A stretch of 64,000 nt of DNA, taken from positions 9,965 through 73,964 of the forward strand of contig JAPWUP010000002.1 in NCBI GenBank assembly GCA_028275505.1, in the 5' to 3' direction. This DNA comes from Bryobacteraceae bacterium. GTDB lineage: Bacteria > Acidobacteriota > Terriglobia > Bryobacterales > Bryobacteraceae. Shown here in pieces: positions 9,238 through 17,869 of the stretch (positions are counted from its first letter, which is position 1; the number at the start of each line of letters is the position of its first letter). Under the pieces are notes generated by a model that had not been told where the DNA came from, did no database searches, and was given only the letters and a program-made list of their open reading frames with translations. Both the position numbers and the translations under genes were made by a program.

Positions 9238-9240
9238 GGC

Positions 9241-9615
9241 TCACGCTCCTTCGCGGACGAGAATGCCCAGGGCCTTGAGTTGCGCCAGGGCGGTGTTCTT
9301 CTGCGGACCCGTAATCCCGCTCGGCCACACCAGCCCCTTGTCGGAGCAGACGGCATGGCGCGCGATGATCACACCCGGGGTGTCCGCCGCGCTCGCATCC
9401 ACGTCACCGATGAGCACGCCGGCCGCGTTCTCCGAGCCGTCATTGGCCGAAGGCGCAAGTTGGGTCGCCATCCCGGTGGCAGTGATGATGCCCACCACGG
9501 TGCCGGTCTTGAGGTTCTGGCCGGAAGCCACCGTCACTTGATCGCGACTGTAGAGGTTGTCCTCTTCGAACTTCAGCCAGTCGCCCAGGTAGTTGGGTTC
9601 GGTCTTGGCAGCCAT
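9241..9615 (-). CDS. Head decoration protein (gpD-like)
   Basis: 124 aa between protease/scaffold and capsid. YLGDWLK.E...DGSENAAGVLIGDVDAS pattern. Confidence 0.65.
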   Translation of the reverse strand: MAAKTEPNYLGDWLKFEEDNLYSRDQVTVASGQNLKTGTVVGIITATGMATQLAPSANDGSENAAGVLIGDVDASAADTPGVIIARHAVCSDKGLVWPSGITGPQKNTALAQLKALGILVREGA

Positions 9616-9616
9616 G

Positions 9617-10750
9617 TCAGTTCCCTCCTTTGGCTAGCCGCTCCACCGCCTTGATGACCGGATTCTGCTCGAGCGGCACTTTGGCGCTGGTGGCGGTCTC
9701 CGGCATCACGTGCGAGCGGATTTCTGGGGCGTCTTCGGCCGCGCGGGCCTCGATGAGATACTGGCGTGCCTCCGCGGCCCTGGCGTGCTTGGCGAGCAGC
9801 GCGGCCGCTCGCGCCGGCAGGCCGGCCAGGGCACACAGCTCGACGATCTCGCGCGCCTCGGCGTAGCCTTCGCGGTGCGCTTCGGCGCGGATCGCCTCCA
9901 GGTCGATGGTGGGCTCGGGCACTTCCGCCCGAACCGTTTCTTCCTTCATACGTCTGCCTCCTTGCGCAATTGAAGTTGGTCTTACGAATGCGGCCAGATC
10001 GGCGAGCGCCGTGCGGAAGGTGCCCGTGCGGTCGGCCAAGCCGGCGGCCACGGCGTCGGGGCCGTACTTGAGGGCAGCGCCCAGTTGGCGCACGGCCTCA
10101 GAACTGAGCGGGCGGCGGCTGGCTACGGCTTCTACGAACAGCCCGTAGAGCCGCCGGACTTCGGCCTCAAGCGCCGCCCGCGCCGCCTCCGACAGCGGCT
10201 CGTTGGGGTTGCCGTCGGTCTTGCCTTCGCCCTCGGCGATGTAGGTGACCTTGACGCCCAGCTTGCGGTTGTACTCGCTCCAATCCACGTGCTCGGCGTA
10301 GACCCCGATCGAGCCGGCGCCACCGGTGAACTCGGGCACATAGATCCGCTCCGCCGCTGTTGCCAGCAAGTACGCTGCGCTGAACATCGAATTATCGGCC
10401 ACGGCCCAGATCGGCTTCTGGCGCGCCAGTTCGGCCAGCGCGGCTGCGGTCTCGAAGGCGTTCTCCGAATCGCCGCCCGGCGAATTGACGCGCAGCAGAA
10501 CGCCGCGCACCTCGGGATCAGCGATGGCCTGCTCGACCTCCTCAAGGATCTCGCCGTAGGCCGTAGCGCCCAACAGGATCGCATCGAACAGCGATGGCTC
10601 GTTGGCCAGCACGCCGGCCACATCAACCACGGCCACACCGTCCTGAACCGCATATGGCCTGCGCAAGCCGTAAGTGGCTTCCAATTTACCCACCTCAACC
10701 AGCAGCGGCTTGGCGCCCAATAGGCGCAGGACCTGTTCGCGTCTCCTCAT
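9617..10750 (-). CDS. S49 (SppA/ClpP-like) prohead protease with C-terminal scaffold region (lambda gpC/Nu3 analogue)
   Basis: VLLRVNSPGGDSE ... FSAAYLLATAAERIYVPEFTGGAGSIGVY. Ala-rich helical C-terminus. Confidence 0.85.
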   Translation of the reverse strand: MRRREQVLRLLGAKPLLVEVGKLEATYGLRRPYAVQDGVAVVDVAGVLANEPSLFDAILLGATAYGEILEEVEQAIADPEVRGVLLRVNSPGGDSENAFETAAALAELARQKPIWAVADNSMFSAAYLLATAAERIYVPEFTGGAGSIGVYAEHVDWSEYNRKLGVKVTYIAEGEGKTDGNPNEPLSEAARAALEAEVRRLYGLFVEAVASRRPLSSEAVRQLGAALKYGPDAVAAGLADRTGTFRTALADLAAFVRPTSIAQGGRRMKEETVRAEVPEPTIDLEAIRAEAHREGYAEAREIVELCALAGLPARAAALLAKHARAAEARQYLIEARAAEDAPEIRSHVMPETATSAKVPLEQNPVIKAVERLAKGGN

Positions 10751-12189
10751 GACTCCTCGCTGTCCTCGCTCGAAGGGTCGGTGTCGTAGCTGAGGCCCAG
10801 CTCCCGGGCCCGTGCGTTGTCGGCCGCGATCTCCCGATCAATCGCCTCGGCATCGTAACCTTGCTCAGAGACCACCTCGGCACGACTCTTGAACCCTGCC
10901 CGCACCGCCATGATCTGCGCTTTGATGTCCTTCAAGGGATCGACCCAGGCAAAGCCCGGCGGAATCCACTTGGCGTCGTAGTAAAGCGCTACGTCGCCTT
11001 GCTTGGGCAGAGCGCCACTCACTAGCGCCGCCTCGATCCAACGCCGCCACACCGGTCGGCAGAACTGGTAGACGAGCACCTGGTGCTGGAACTGCTCGCA
11101 GCGGCGGCGGAACTCGAGCAGCCCGGCACGGATCGAGGAGTAGTTGACGCCGGTCAGATCCCCGGTTAACTGCTCGTAGGTGATCCCCATGCCGGCGGCA
11201 ATCGAGCGCAACTGCACGCGCATGAAGGTCTCGTAGCTGGCGCCCACGTCGGCCGGGGTGGAGAACTTGATGTCCTCGCCCGGCAGCAGCACTTGAAGCG
11301 TGCCCGGCTCCAGACCCGCCAGGGCGGCGCCGCTTTGATCCGTCACCGTCTCGCCCAGCATCTGGTCCTCGGGGGCGTTCTTGAGGATGAAGCCGGCAAA
11401 CATGGCCGCCGTCTTCTTCCGGACCAGCTCGGCATCGTCGTACTGGTCGAGCTCGTAGAGCTTCACCAAGACCTGGGTAAGCCACGGCTGGCCGCGCAAC
11501 TGGCCGGGCCGAATGGGGCGGAACAGGTGCAGCACCGAATCGGCTGGCACGCGCACCAGCTCGGTCGAGGCCACTGGGTTGAGCGTGTCGAAAGGATGTT
11601 CGCGGTAGAGCCAGTAAGCCACGCGCCGCCCGATCTGGTCAAACTCGATGCCCGCGCGAACGTAGTTGCCGTTCTCGAGCTTTCTCGTCTCGCCCGTCGG
11701 TAGATGCTCGGCTTCGAGCAACTGCAGCTGCAAGGGAACCGTCAGGCCGTCCTTGGGCAGGCGCGGCCGCAGCCGGATCAAGCACTCGCCGGCCTCCATC
11801 ACCGCGCGGCAGGCCAGCGCCTGAAGGCCGTAGAAATCGGTCAGATTGCTGGCGTCGGCCTCGTCGGTCCAGCGCAGCCACAACTCTTGAATCCGCGCCT
11901 TGAGCCGCGCATCCGGATGGAGCGACTGCGGCTTGATGCCCGTGCCGATGGCGTTGGCCACGAAGGCATCGAGCGCGTTGGCCGCCCAGGGATTGCGCCG
12001 CACCATGTCGCGCGAGCGCGCGCGCAGCGTGTCCAGATTGCGGAAGACGAGCGTGTTGATGTCGCTGGTCGCCGGCAGCCAGCCGGTGGTGCGGCGCGTG
12101 GCCGCCGCGGCCTCGTAATCAGCCGCTGCCCGCCGCCGGGGCCAGGGGGCGCCCCTCACCGCTGCCTGAAGCTGCTTCCAGAAACCCAC
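10747..12189 (-). CDS. Portal protein, lambda gpB family
   Basis: 480 aa. MVRRNPWAANALDAFVANAIGTGIKPQS motif. Position is between gpW and the protease. Confidence 0.9.
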   Translation of the reverse strand: MGFWKQLQAAVRGAPWPRRRAAADYEAAAATRRTTGWLPATSDINTLVFRNLDTLRARSRDMVRRNPWAANALDAFVANAIGTGIKPQSLHPDARLKARIQELWLRWTDEADASNLTDFYGLQALACRAVMEAGECLIRLRPRLPKDGLTVPLQLQLLEAEHLPTGETRKLENGNYVRAGIEFDQIGRRVAYWLYREHPFDTLNPVASTELVRVPADSVLHLFRPIRPGQLRGQPWLTQVLVKLYELDQYDDAELVRKKTAAMFAGFILKNAPEDQMLGETVTDQSGAALAGLEPGTLQVLLPGEDIKFSTPADVGASYETFMRVQLRSIAAGMGITYEQLTGDLTGVNYSSIRAGLLEFRRRCEQFQHQVLVYQFCRPVWRRWIEAALVSGALPKQGDVALYYDAKWIPPGFAWVDPLKDIKAQIMAVRAGFKSRAEVVSEQGYDAEAIDREIAADNARARELGLSYDTDPSSEDSEES

Positions 12190-12192
12190 GCC

Positions 12193-12396
12193 TCAGAACC
12201 CCTTCTCGGTCCAGATCCGGACCTGCCGGATCGCCGGTTTGCCGCTGGCCTTGGCCACGTCGGCCTCGGCGGCGGCGATGGCGGCCTTGAGTTCCTCAAT
12301 GCTGCGGTACTCGATCTCGCGATTCTCAAAGCGCACTCGGCGCACGCCGTTGGCCAGGGCATCGCGCAGAGCCTGAAGCTGCTGTTCCGTGTACAT
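12193..12396 (-). CDS. gpW-family head-tail joining protein
   Basis: 67 aa. LQALRDALANGVRRVRFENREIEYRSIEELKAAI is the typical gpW pattern. Confidence 0.7.
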   Translation of the reverse strand: MYTEQQLQALRDALANGVRRVRFENREIEYRSIEELKAAIAAAEADVAKASGKPAIRQVRIWTEKGF

Positions 12397-12485
12397 CCCC
12401 GCTAAATCATCCGCGCCCGCGTCTGCTTGAAATGGCGCCAGTTCCAGCTGTCGAATTGTGCCTGCCTTTCGGTGCTGGTTGAGCG

Positions 12486-12734
12486 ATGAATGAAAGGGCT
12501 ATGACACGGGAAGAACTCATCGCTTGGGCCACACAGAACGGCTGGACCCTCGACCGCCACGGTCATCTGCACAAGATCGAGCACGATGGCCTGCGCCATT
12601 ACCGCATCAAATTGAGTCGCCTCGCCGCGCGCTTCGAGATCAAAACCGTGCATGGCTGGACGCGCGTGCGCAGCGGGTACCTGAAGGACCTCTACCTTAC
12701 CGCCGACGGCAAGTTGGCCGGTATGAAGTTCTAA
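12486..12734 (+). CDS. Hypothetical protein (opposite-strand moron)
   Basis: ORF only. It occupies an otherwise empty gap. No motif recognised. Confidence 0.3.
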   Translation: MNERAMTREELIAWATQNGWTLDRHGHLHKIEHDGLRHYRIKLSRLAARFEIKTVHGWTRVRSGYLKDLYLTADGKLAGMKF

Positions 12735-12842
12735 CTCCGTTGGGGCCGAAATTGCCGCCAGGGTGGCGCCATAGGTGCCCAGCTTGCGCCCCCGGCCGCG
12801 ACCGCAAGCCACCAGCTGGCAGGCGCACAGCGTCTGCCACCT

Positions 12843-13043
12843 TCACTGCTTGATGTAGGGCGCTGCCGCCGGCGTGCCGTCGGGGTTGGCAAAGTGGGCC
12901 AATACGGCGGTGAGGCCTTGCACCACCGACAGCACCACCATGGCCCAGAACTTGCCGCGCCCGGGCAATAAATCCTGAGTCGCGTTGATGGCTTGCGCTA
13001 CCAGCGCCAGCATCTGAATGGCAACGTTTACGGAGAACTTCAT
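12843..13043 (-). CDS. Small two-helix membrane protein (holin-like shape, function unknown)
   Basis: ATG 13043. MKFSVNVAIQMLALVAQAI...FWAMVVLSVVQGLTAVLA gives two hydrophobic segments. Confidence 0.4.
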   Translation of the reverse strand: MKFSVNVAIQMLALVAQAINATQDLLPGRGKFWAMVVLSVVQGLTAVLAHFANPDGTPAAAPYIKQ

Positions 13044-13110
13044 CTTGCTAAGCTCCTTGAATTCCCCATGAGCGGCCGCAGCCGCCACCCAATCCGTAGC
13101 TCGCGGATCA

Positions 13111-13470
13111 TCACGCCCAGTGCGGGACCCAGACCCAGTAGGCCACGATCAGCCCCTCGCCCACCACGTTCGCGTCCACGTAGTAGTCAGCGGGCCGCAG
13201 CAAATCGCCGTTTTGGGATTCGAGGATCAGCTCGTCGGCAATCCCGCCACCTGCGCCCGTGGGCCAGAACTCTTTGATCACGCCGCTGCCGGTGGCCTTG
13301 TTCATCCCCGCCACACCCAGGAAGACCCGCCCGGTCTCCCCGATCACCACGGCAAAGCGCAGCTTGGCCGCGCGCAGGTTGGTGTCCGTGGTGATGGGCA
13401 CAGGCGTGCCCGGCGTCGGCACGGCAACCTTGCCGAACGACCGGGCTTGGAGAAACTCGCGGTTTTCCAT
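13111..13470 (-). CDS. Hypothetical phage protein (119 aa)
   Basis: ATG 13470, 10 nt after the terL stop. No motif recognised. Confidence 0.4.
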   Translation of the reverse strand: MENREFLQARSFGKVAVPTPGTPVPITTDTNLRAAKLRFAVVIGETGRVFLGVAGMNKATGSGVIKEFWPTGAGGGIADELILESQNGDLLRPADYYVDANVVGEGLIVAYWVWVPHWA

Positions 13471-13480
13471 GGTGAGCCTC

Positions 13481-15334
13481 TTAAAAGTTGCGCACCCCGG
13501 ATTCCATCCACCGGCTGCGCAGCACTCTGCGTCCGGGCGCCGCGGGGTTGTCCTCGCTCGCGGCCGCCGGCCTGAGCGCGGCGATCCGATCAGCCTCGGC
13601 GTCCAGCCTGAAGCCCATCGAGACCAGCCCGCACAGCGCCGCGTAGGCGTAAGTCCGTGCATCCAGCACTTCACCCCGCACGCCTTTCTTGCGCCGCCAC
13701 TCCCGCACGGGCACCCCACGGGCGTAGCTCGTCACCAGCACCTCCGAGAGCAACTGCTCGAAGAACTCCTCGTTGCGCTCGTGCGGGAAGTGGCAGTAGC
13801 CCGGCCCCGGCTGCTCCACTTTGAGCCGGCTGTAGATGACGCTCTTGGCGCTATCCACACCCACAATCCACAAGGGCGTGCGGCCCAGCGTGCTCCGGCT
13901 CGGGCGCTTCGGCCACACCGGCAGCGGGCCGCCCTTGCCCTTGATCGCAAAGATGCGCCGCCCGTAGCGCGTGCGACAGAACTCATACACCGCCTGGGTG
14001 TGGAAGCCCGAATCAATCGCGCAGGCCGCCACCGGCAGCTTGATGCCGTACTCGTGCAGCCATTCTCGTTTGAGATACTCATCGAGCGCCTGCCAAAGCT
14101 GGGGAGCACTGGGATCACCGGGAAAGACGCGGTACTCCACCGACCACGACTCCTCGCCGCGTCCCCAGCCCACTAGCTCCAGCTCCGCCCGATCCACTTG
14201 AAGATCAATCCCCGCGGTCAACACGCACACGCCGGCCGGTAGCCGCGCACCGAACGCCTCGCGCCGGTTCATGAGCGTGGCCACCTCGACGCTGGTTTCC
14301 GCCTCGTCGTCCCAGGGCTCACCCAGCGCCGTGTTGATGAAGGCGCGCAGCGTCTCCGGCCCGCCGTGCTTGGCCTCCAAAAACTCGGCCGCCGTCTCCG
14401 GCCACTCCTTCCAGGGCGAGTAGAGCTGGGAAATCCAAAAGCCCGCGATCTTGGACTTGGGGTTGGCCGCCCGCCACTCACCGCGTGCCAGCATCCACGG
14501 CTTGCGGTGCGGCGCAATCAGCACGCCGCAGTGCGCGCAGCGGTATTGCGCTTCCTCCGGCCGCCCTTCGGGCCACTCCAGGTTTGGCCAGACCAGCACC
14601 TGGTAGGCGCCACACTCTGGACACGGCACCCAGTAGCTGGACTGATTGCTGCGCAGCCACCAGCTCTCGATGCGGCTGGCGCCCTTGATAGTCGGCGTGG
14701 AAACCAGCAGGATCTTGCGGTTCCACCAGGTGGCCGAGCGCTTGATGGCCAAACTGACCGGATCGCCTTCGGTGCCCGCCGAGGCTGGATAGCGGTCCAC
14801 CTCATCGAGCAGCACGTAACGAATGGGCCGCATGGCGAGGCCCGCGGGCGAGTTGGCGCCGGCGATGGTGATGCTGCCCCCTTGAAACTGCTTGTGCAAG
14901 ATGCGGTTGTTCGAGTCGCGCGTTCGCACGTCGGCCACCTTGCCCACCAGGCACGGCGTCGTGCGCAGCATGGGCGCCAGCCGGTCCTTGCTCCAGGCCT
15001 CGCCGTCTTCGACCCGCGGCAGCACCACCAGGATCGGCCCGGGATCGCGGTCGATGATGTAGCCGACCAGGCAAAGTAGGCATTCACTTTTTCCTGTCTG
15101 TGCCGCGGCCATCATCACCACGCACTCGTAAGGGCTGTTGGGCGTCAGCGCGTCTAGGATGGCGCGCTGGTAAGGCACCCGATCCGTTCGCCACGGTCCC
15201 GGCTCGGCTGAAGCCTCCGAGGATAGCCACCGATTCTGGTCCGCCCACTCCGACACGGTCTGCCGCGGCGGCGGCTCCAAGCCCGCCGCCAGCTGCTCCA
15301 GGCATTCCTCAAGGCCGGCGATAGCGGATGTCAT
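13481..15334 (-). CDS. Terminase large subunit, lambda gpA family
   Basis: 617 aa. PGPWRTDRVPYQRAILDAL, Walker A-like AAQTGKSE, ITIAGANSP. Confidence 0.9.
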   Translation of the reverse strand: MTSAIAGLEECLEQLAAGLEPPPRQTVSEWADQNRWLSSEASAEPGPWRTDRVPYQRAILDALTPNSPYECVVMMAAAQTGKSECLLCLVGYIIDRDPGPILVVLPRVEDGEAWSKDRLAPMLRTTPCLVGKVADVRTRDSNNRILHKQFQGGSITIAGANSPAGLAMRPIRYVLLDEVDRYPASAGTEGDPVSLAIKRSATWWNRKILLVSTPTIKGASRIESWWLRSNQSSYWVPCPECGAYQVLVWPNLEWPEGRPEEAQYRCAHCGVLIAPHRKPWMLARGEWRAANPKSKIAGFWISQLYSPWKEWPETAAEFLEAKHGGPETLRAFINTALGEPWDDEAETSVEVATLMNRREAFGARLPAGVCVLTAGIDLQVDRAELELVGWGRGEESWSVEYRVFPGDPSAPQLWQALDEYLKREWLHEYGIKLPVAACAIDSGFHTQAVYEFCRTRYGRRIFAIKGKGGPLPVWPKRPSRSTLGRTPLWIVGVDSAKSVIYSRLKVEQPGPGYCHFPHERNEEFFEQLLSEVLVTSYARGVPVREWRRKKGVRGEVLDARTYAYAALCGLVSMGFRLDAEADRIAALRPAAASEDNPAAPGRRVLRSRWMESGVRNF

Positions 15335-15806
15335 CTTGAAGACCCTTTAGGATCCCCTCGATCTCGCTGTCCAGTAACTCCCGCACGGCCCGCACGTCAC
15401 TGACAGCCGCCAACTGCGGCGCCAGCTTGGCCGGCAGGGCGAGTAACTTGTCACGAATCTGCCGGGCTTGCTTGAACCACACCGCCTTGACCTCGTCGGT
15501 CGGGATCAGCTTCGCCGACTTGGTCTCGTACTCGAGCTTGCGCAACCGGGCGCGGAAGAGCATGTCGGCCAGCTTGGCCTGGGCATAGCTGGTCGTCTGC
15601 CCACCCGCCTCTTCGGGAGCGCTGGTGGCGGCTTCGGAAACCTTCTCCGGGCGGTCATCGAGCACGGCATCGGAGGCGGCCACATCCACCTTGCCGCCGC
15701 GCACCACCAGCACGCCGGCCTTGGCCAGGCGGCTGATGTACTGGCGACTGACGCCCCGATGGCGCGCGTACTCGGCTTGGCTGAGGAGCTCGCGCCCAGC
15801 GGCCAA
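15309..15806 (-). CDS. Terminase small subunit (HTH)
   Basis: LSQAEYARHRGVSRQYISRLAKAGVL is an N-terminal HTH. 26-nt overlap with terL. TTG start with AGGAG upstream. Confidence 0.6.
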   Translation of the reverse strand: MAAGRELLSQAEYARHRGVSRQYISRLAKAGVLVVRGGKVDVAASDAVLDDRPEKVSEAATSAPEEAGGQTTSYAQAKLADMLFRARLRKLEYETKSAKLIPTDEVKAVWFKQARQIRDKLLALPAKLAPQLAAVSDVRAVRELLDSEIEGILKGLQDDIRYRRP

Positions 15807-15828
15807 GTCACATCACTCCTGCAGGCAT

Positions 15829-15844
15829 CTGTCAACCTGTCAAC
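15829..15844 (-). promoter_or_regulatory. Tandem 8-mer GTTGACAG x2 upstream of terS (protein-binding or -35-like; function unknown)
   Basis: The minus strand reads GTTGACAGGTTGACAG, 23-38 nt upstream of the terS start. No convincing -10 was found. Confidence 0.25.
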
Positions 15845-15935
15845 CTTCCGCGAGCGCCAGACCCTGGCCACAGCGTGCCAGCCATTCCACCCGCCGTTGC
15901 CGGGGCCGGGAAGGACCCGCAGATGTGCCCAAAAC

Positions 15936-16415
15936 TTACCCCCTGCCCCCTTTCGCCCACCGCCGCGAACCGGCAAAGTAATCCGAGAGCGGATAGAGCG
16001 GATAGGGCTCAGTCTCCCGAAGCGCCCGTCCTAACTTGGCCTCGATCCGATAAACCGCGTGAAAGAAATTACCCCGATCTACCCCCAGCTTGCCCGCGCA
16101 AGCATACCAGGGCTGGCCCTCCAGAAAATACATCTGAAACAATCGCCGCTCCCAGCCATCCAGCTGCCGGCGGCAAAGCAAAAGGAAGTCGGCCAGATAG
16201 TCAATGTTCCGCCACCACCGCCGGCCAAGACGATATTTCCAAGCTTCCCGCCTCAGCTCGTGATACTTTGCCAAGCAAATCCGGAAGATCTTCTTGAGCG
16301 CGCACTTACAAGGCCTCACGCCGCGTGAATGACGCCGGAGACCCAGGCCATGACACCACGGGCATCTGCCAGGGGCCAGCCCAATCACATCCCCGCGCTG
16401 CCACCCGGAGCCCAT
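15936..16415 (-). CDS. Putative phage transcription regulator (Zn-finger plus sigma-70 region-4-like HTH)
   Basis: CPWCHG...CKC, then LFQMYFLEGQPWYACAGKLGVDRGNFFHAVYRIEAKLG. Confidence 0.4.
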   Translation of the reverse strand: MGSGWQRGDVIGLAPGRCPWCHGLGLRRHSRGVRPCKCALKKIFRICLAKYHELRREAWKYRLGRRWWRNIDYLADFLLLCRRQLDGWERRLFQMYFLEGQPWYACAGKLGVDRGNFFHAVYRIEAKLGRALRETEPYPLYPLSDYFAGSRRWAKGGRG

Positions 16416-16463
16416 CCCCGAACGCTCAGCTCCCGGCCACCAGCCTGCTCCAGCTGGCTCGGC

Positions 16464-16808
16464 TCACCCGGCTCGCGCTGCATCGCGGCAGCGCTCGAGC
16501 ACCGTGGCCAAGAAAAAGGGACGCCAAGCGGTAGGCAGGCGCCGCAACGTCCAGCTCCGATATCCTGCCGGCAGGCGCTCGCGAAAGCTGTAGCGCGTAC
16601 CCAAGTATTGGTGCAACGCAATGGGACGGCCTTCGCTCGACCGGCAAGATAAGTAGGCCCGGCACACATGTCCCTTGGGATGCTTGATCACCCGGCGGAT
16701 CATGCCGTCGGCCTCTAAGCGGGCCAACCGCTGGAGACTGATCCACTCAGCCAGTGCGCCATCGGCGGTGTACAGAGGGATTCGAGCATTCACCCAGACA
16801 CACCTCAC
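16464..16808 (-). CDS. Hypothetical phage protein
   Basis: ORF only. It is the first gene of the leftward operon next to the AT-rich control region. Confidence 0.3.
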   Translation of the reverse strand: MRCVWVNARIPLYTADGALAEWISLQRLARLEADGMIRRVIKHPKGHVCRAYLSCRSSEGRPIALHQYLGTRYSFRERLPAGYRSWTLRRLPTAWRPFFLATVLERCRDAARAG

Positions 16809-16965
16809 GGGGAAAAGTCTGCGGGAAGGAGTTTCACGAGCGTCCCGGCGCTCGCTAGGGTGGGCTGCGGGTTTGTTTCGAGAGGGCCCGCCTCCCTCTG
16901 GGGGGGCCGCTCCAAAAGCGACCTACACCAACTATAGCACAGCTTACCCCGCTGTCAAGAGAAAA

Positions 16966-17010
16966 TTTTCCTAATCGTTCCCCATAGTTAGGAAAAATCA
17001 GTGATTTTTC
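16966..17010. promoter_or_regulatory. Operator-like overlapping inverted repeats in the divergent prophage control region
   Basis: TTTTCCTAA (16966-16974) / TTAGGAAAA (16988-16996), and GAAAAATCA-G-TGATTTTTC (16992-17010). This is the locally most AT-rich stretch of the window. Confidence 0.35.
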
Positions 17011-17355
17011 CGCTTACCGAGGTGTGGCAGCATGCTTCTAGAGCCTCCCGGCAGGCTAACTCTCCGAAATGCCCGCCGGGATGGGTTGGATTGGGAGCGA
17101 CTCCGCTCCTCGCGCAAGCTCGAGGAAAGCGAAACAAACGTGACAACTCAATCTCTTGCTGTTTCAAACAGATGCGGGCACATATGATTTGTTGGCGCAC
17201 GCCGACCAGCGAGGCTATCCTGCCCACCCTCGCAGCCGCCGACGGTGAAGGCAAGCTTGCTGCCCCTCGAAGCCCGATCCTGCCTCGCGCAAGATCACAA
17301 CTCTCGCACTCATTTGCTCTCGGGAACACCAGCAAGTGGGCCGCAGGGGCGGAGA

Positions 17356-17793
17356 ATGAGCAGCGGGGCGCGCCACTATTTTTGTTTTCGGCCCGTGACC
17401 GTCGATCTGCGGGGGTCTGTCACAGCAGTCACGCTCAGGCATCCGGGAACCGGTCTCGTCTTCACGATCCGGGGCGACCGCCCAGGCTGGTGGACGGAGC
17501 TGGGCCAGCACCTCGACCTGACACAATTCGAGATCGTCGAGGTCACTTTACCCGCGCACAGCCTGGACCTCGGGCCTGCTGAGCCTACGCCGTCCCCCAC
17601 ACCCCTTGCCCTCCGGCCAGGCCTCATCGCCAGCTACCGTGAGCGCCACCTGTGCACCATCCAGGAGATCGCAGCGCGGGCGAACGTGACTCCCAGGGCC
17701 CTGCGCGGCTGGCGCTCAGGAGACTTGCCCGACCGATCCTCCAAGTCCATCCGGATCGAGGCTCTCCTACAGCGCGGCCTGCGCAGCGACTGA
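17356..17793 (+). CDS. Putative HTH DNA-binding protein (early regulator)
   Basis: C-terminal CTIQEIAARANVTPRALRGWRSG is HTH-like. The start is uncertain. Confidence 0.4.
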   Translation: MSSGARHYFCFRPVTVDLRGSVTAVTLRHPGTGLVFTIRGDRPGWWTELGQHLDLTQFEIVEVTLPAHSLDLGPAEPTPSPTPLALRPGLIASYRERHLCTIQEIAARANVTPRALRGWRSGDLPDRSSKSIRIEALLQRGLRSD

Positions 17794-17814
17794 CCGCGCC
17801 TTCGCCTTATCTTC

Positions 17815-17859
17815 GGGCCGCTTTTGGGCCGCTTTTGGGCCGCTTTTCGGGCCGCTTTC
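17815..17859. repeat. Four tandem 11-bp repeats GGGCCGCTTTT (iteron-like)
   Basis: 17815-17825, 17826-17836 and 17837-17847 are identical. After one extra C, 17849-17859 reads GGGCCGCTTTC. The array ends 10 nt before the SNF2 helicase start. Confidence 0.6.
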
Positions 17860-17869
17860 TTTCGCAAAA

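Noticed and set aside
8164-9654. 496-aa plus-strand ORF antisense to the capsid and decoration genes.
   Set aside because: It has no motif and an Arg/Gly/His-rich composition. The opposite strand carries confidently recognised gpE-family capsid and decoration genes.
17815-17859. The tandem repeats considered as a possible mini-CRISPR array.
   Set aside because: The units are 11 bp and directly abutting with no spacers, and there are no cas genes. The array was kept only as an iteron-like repeat.
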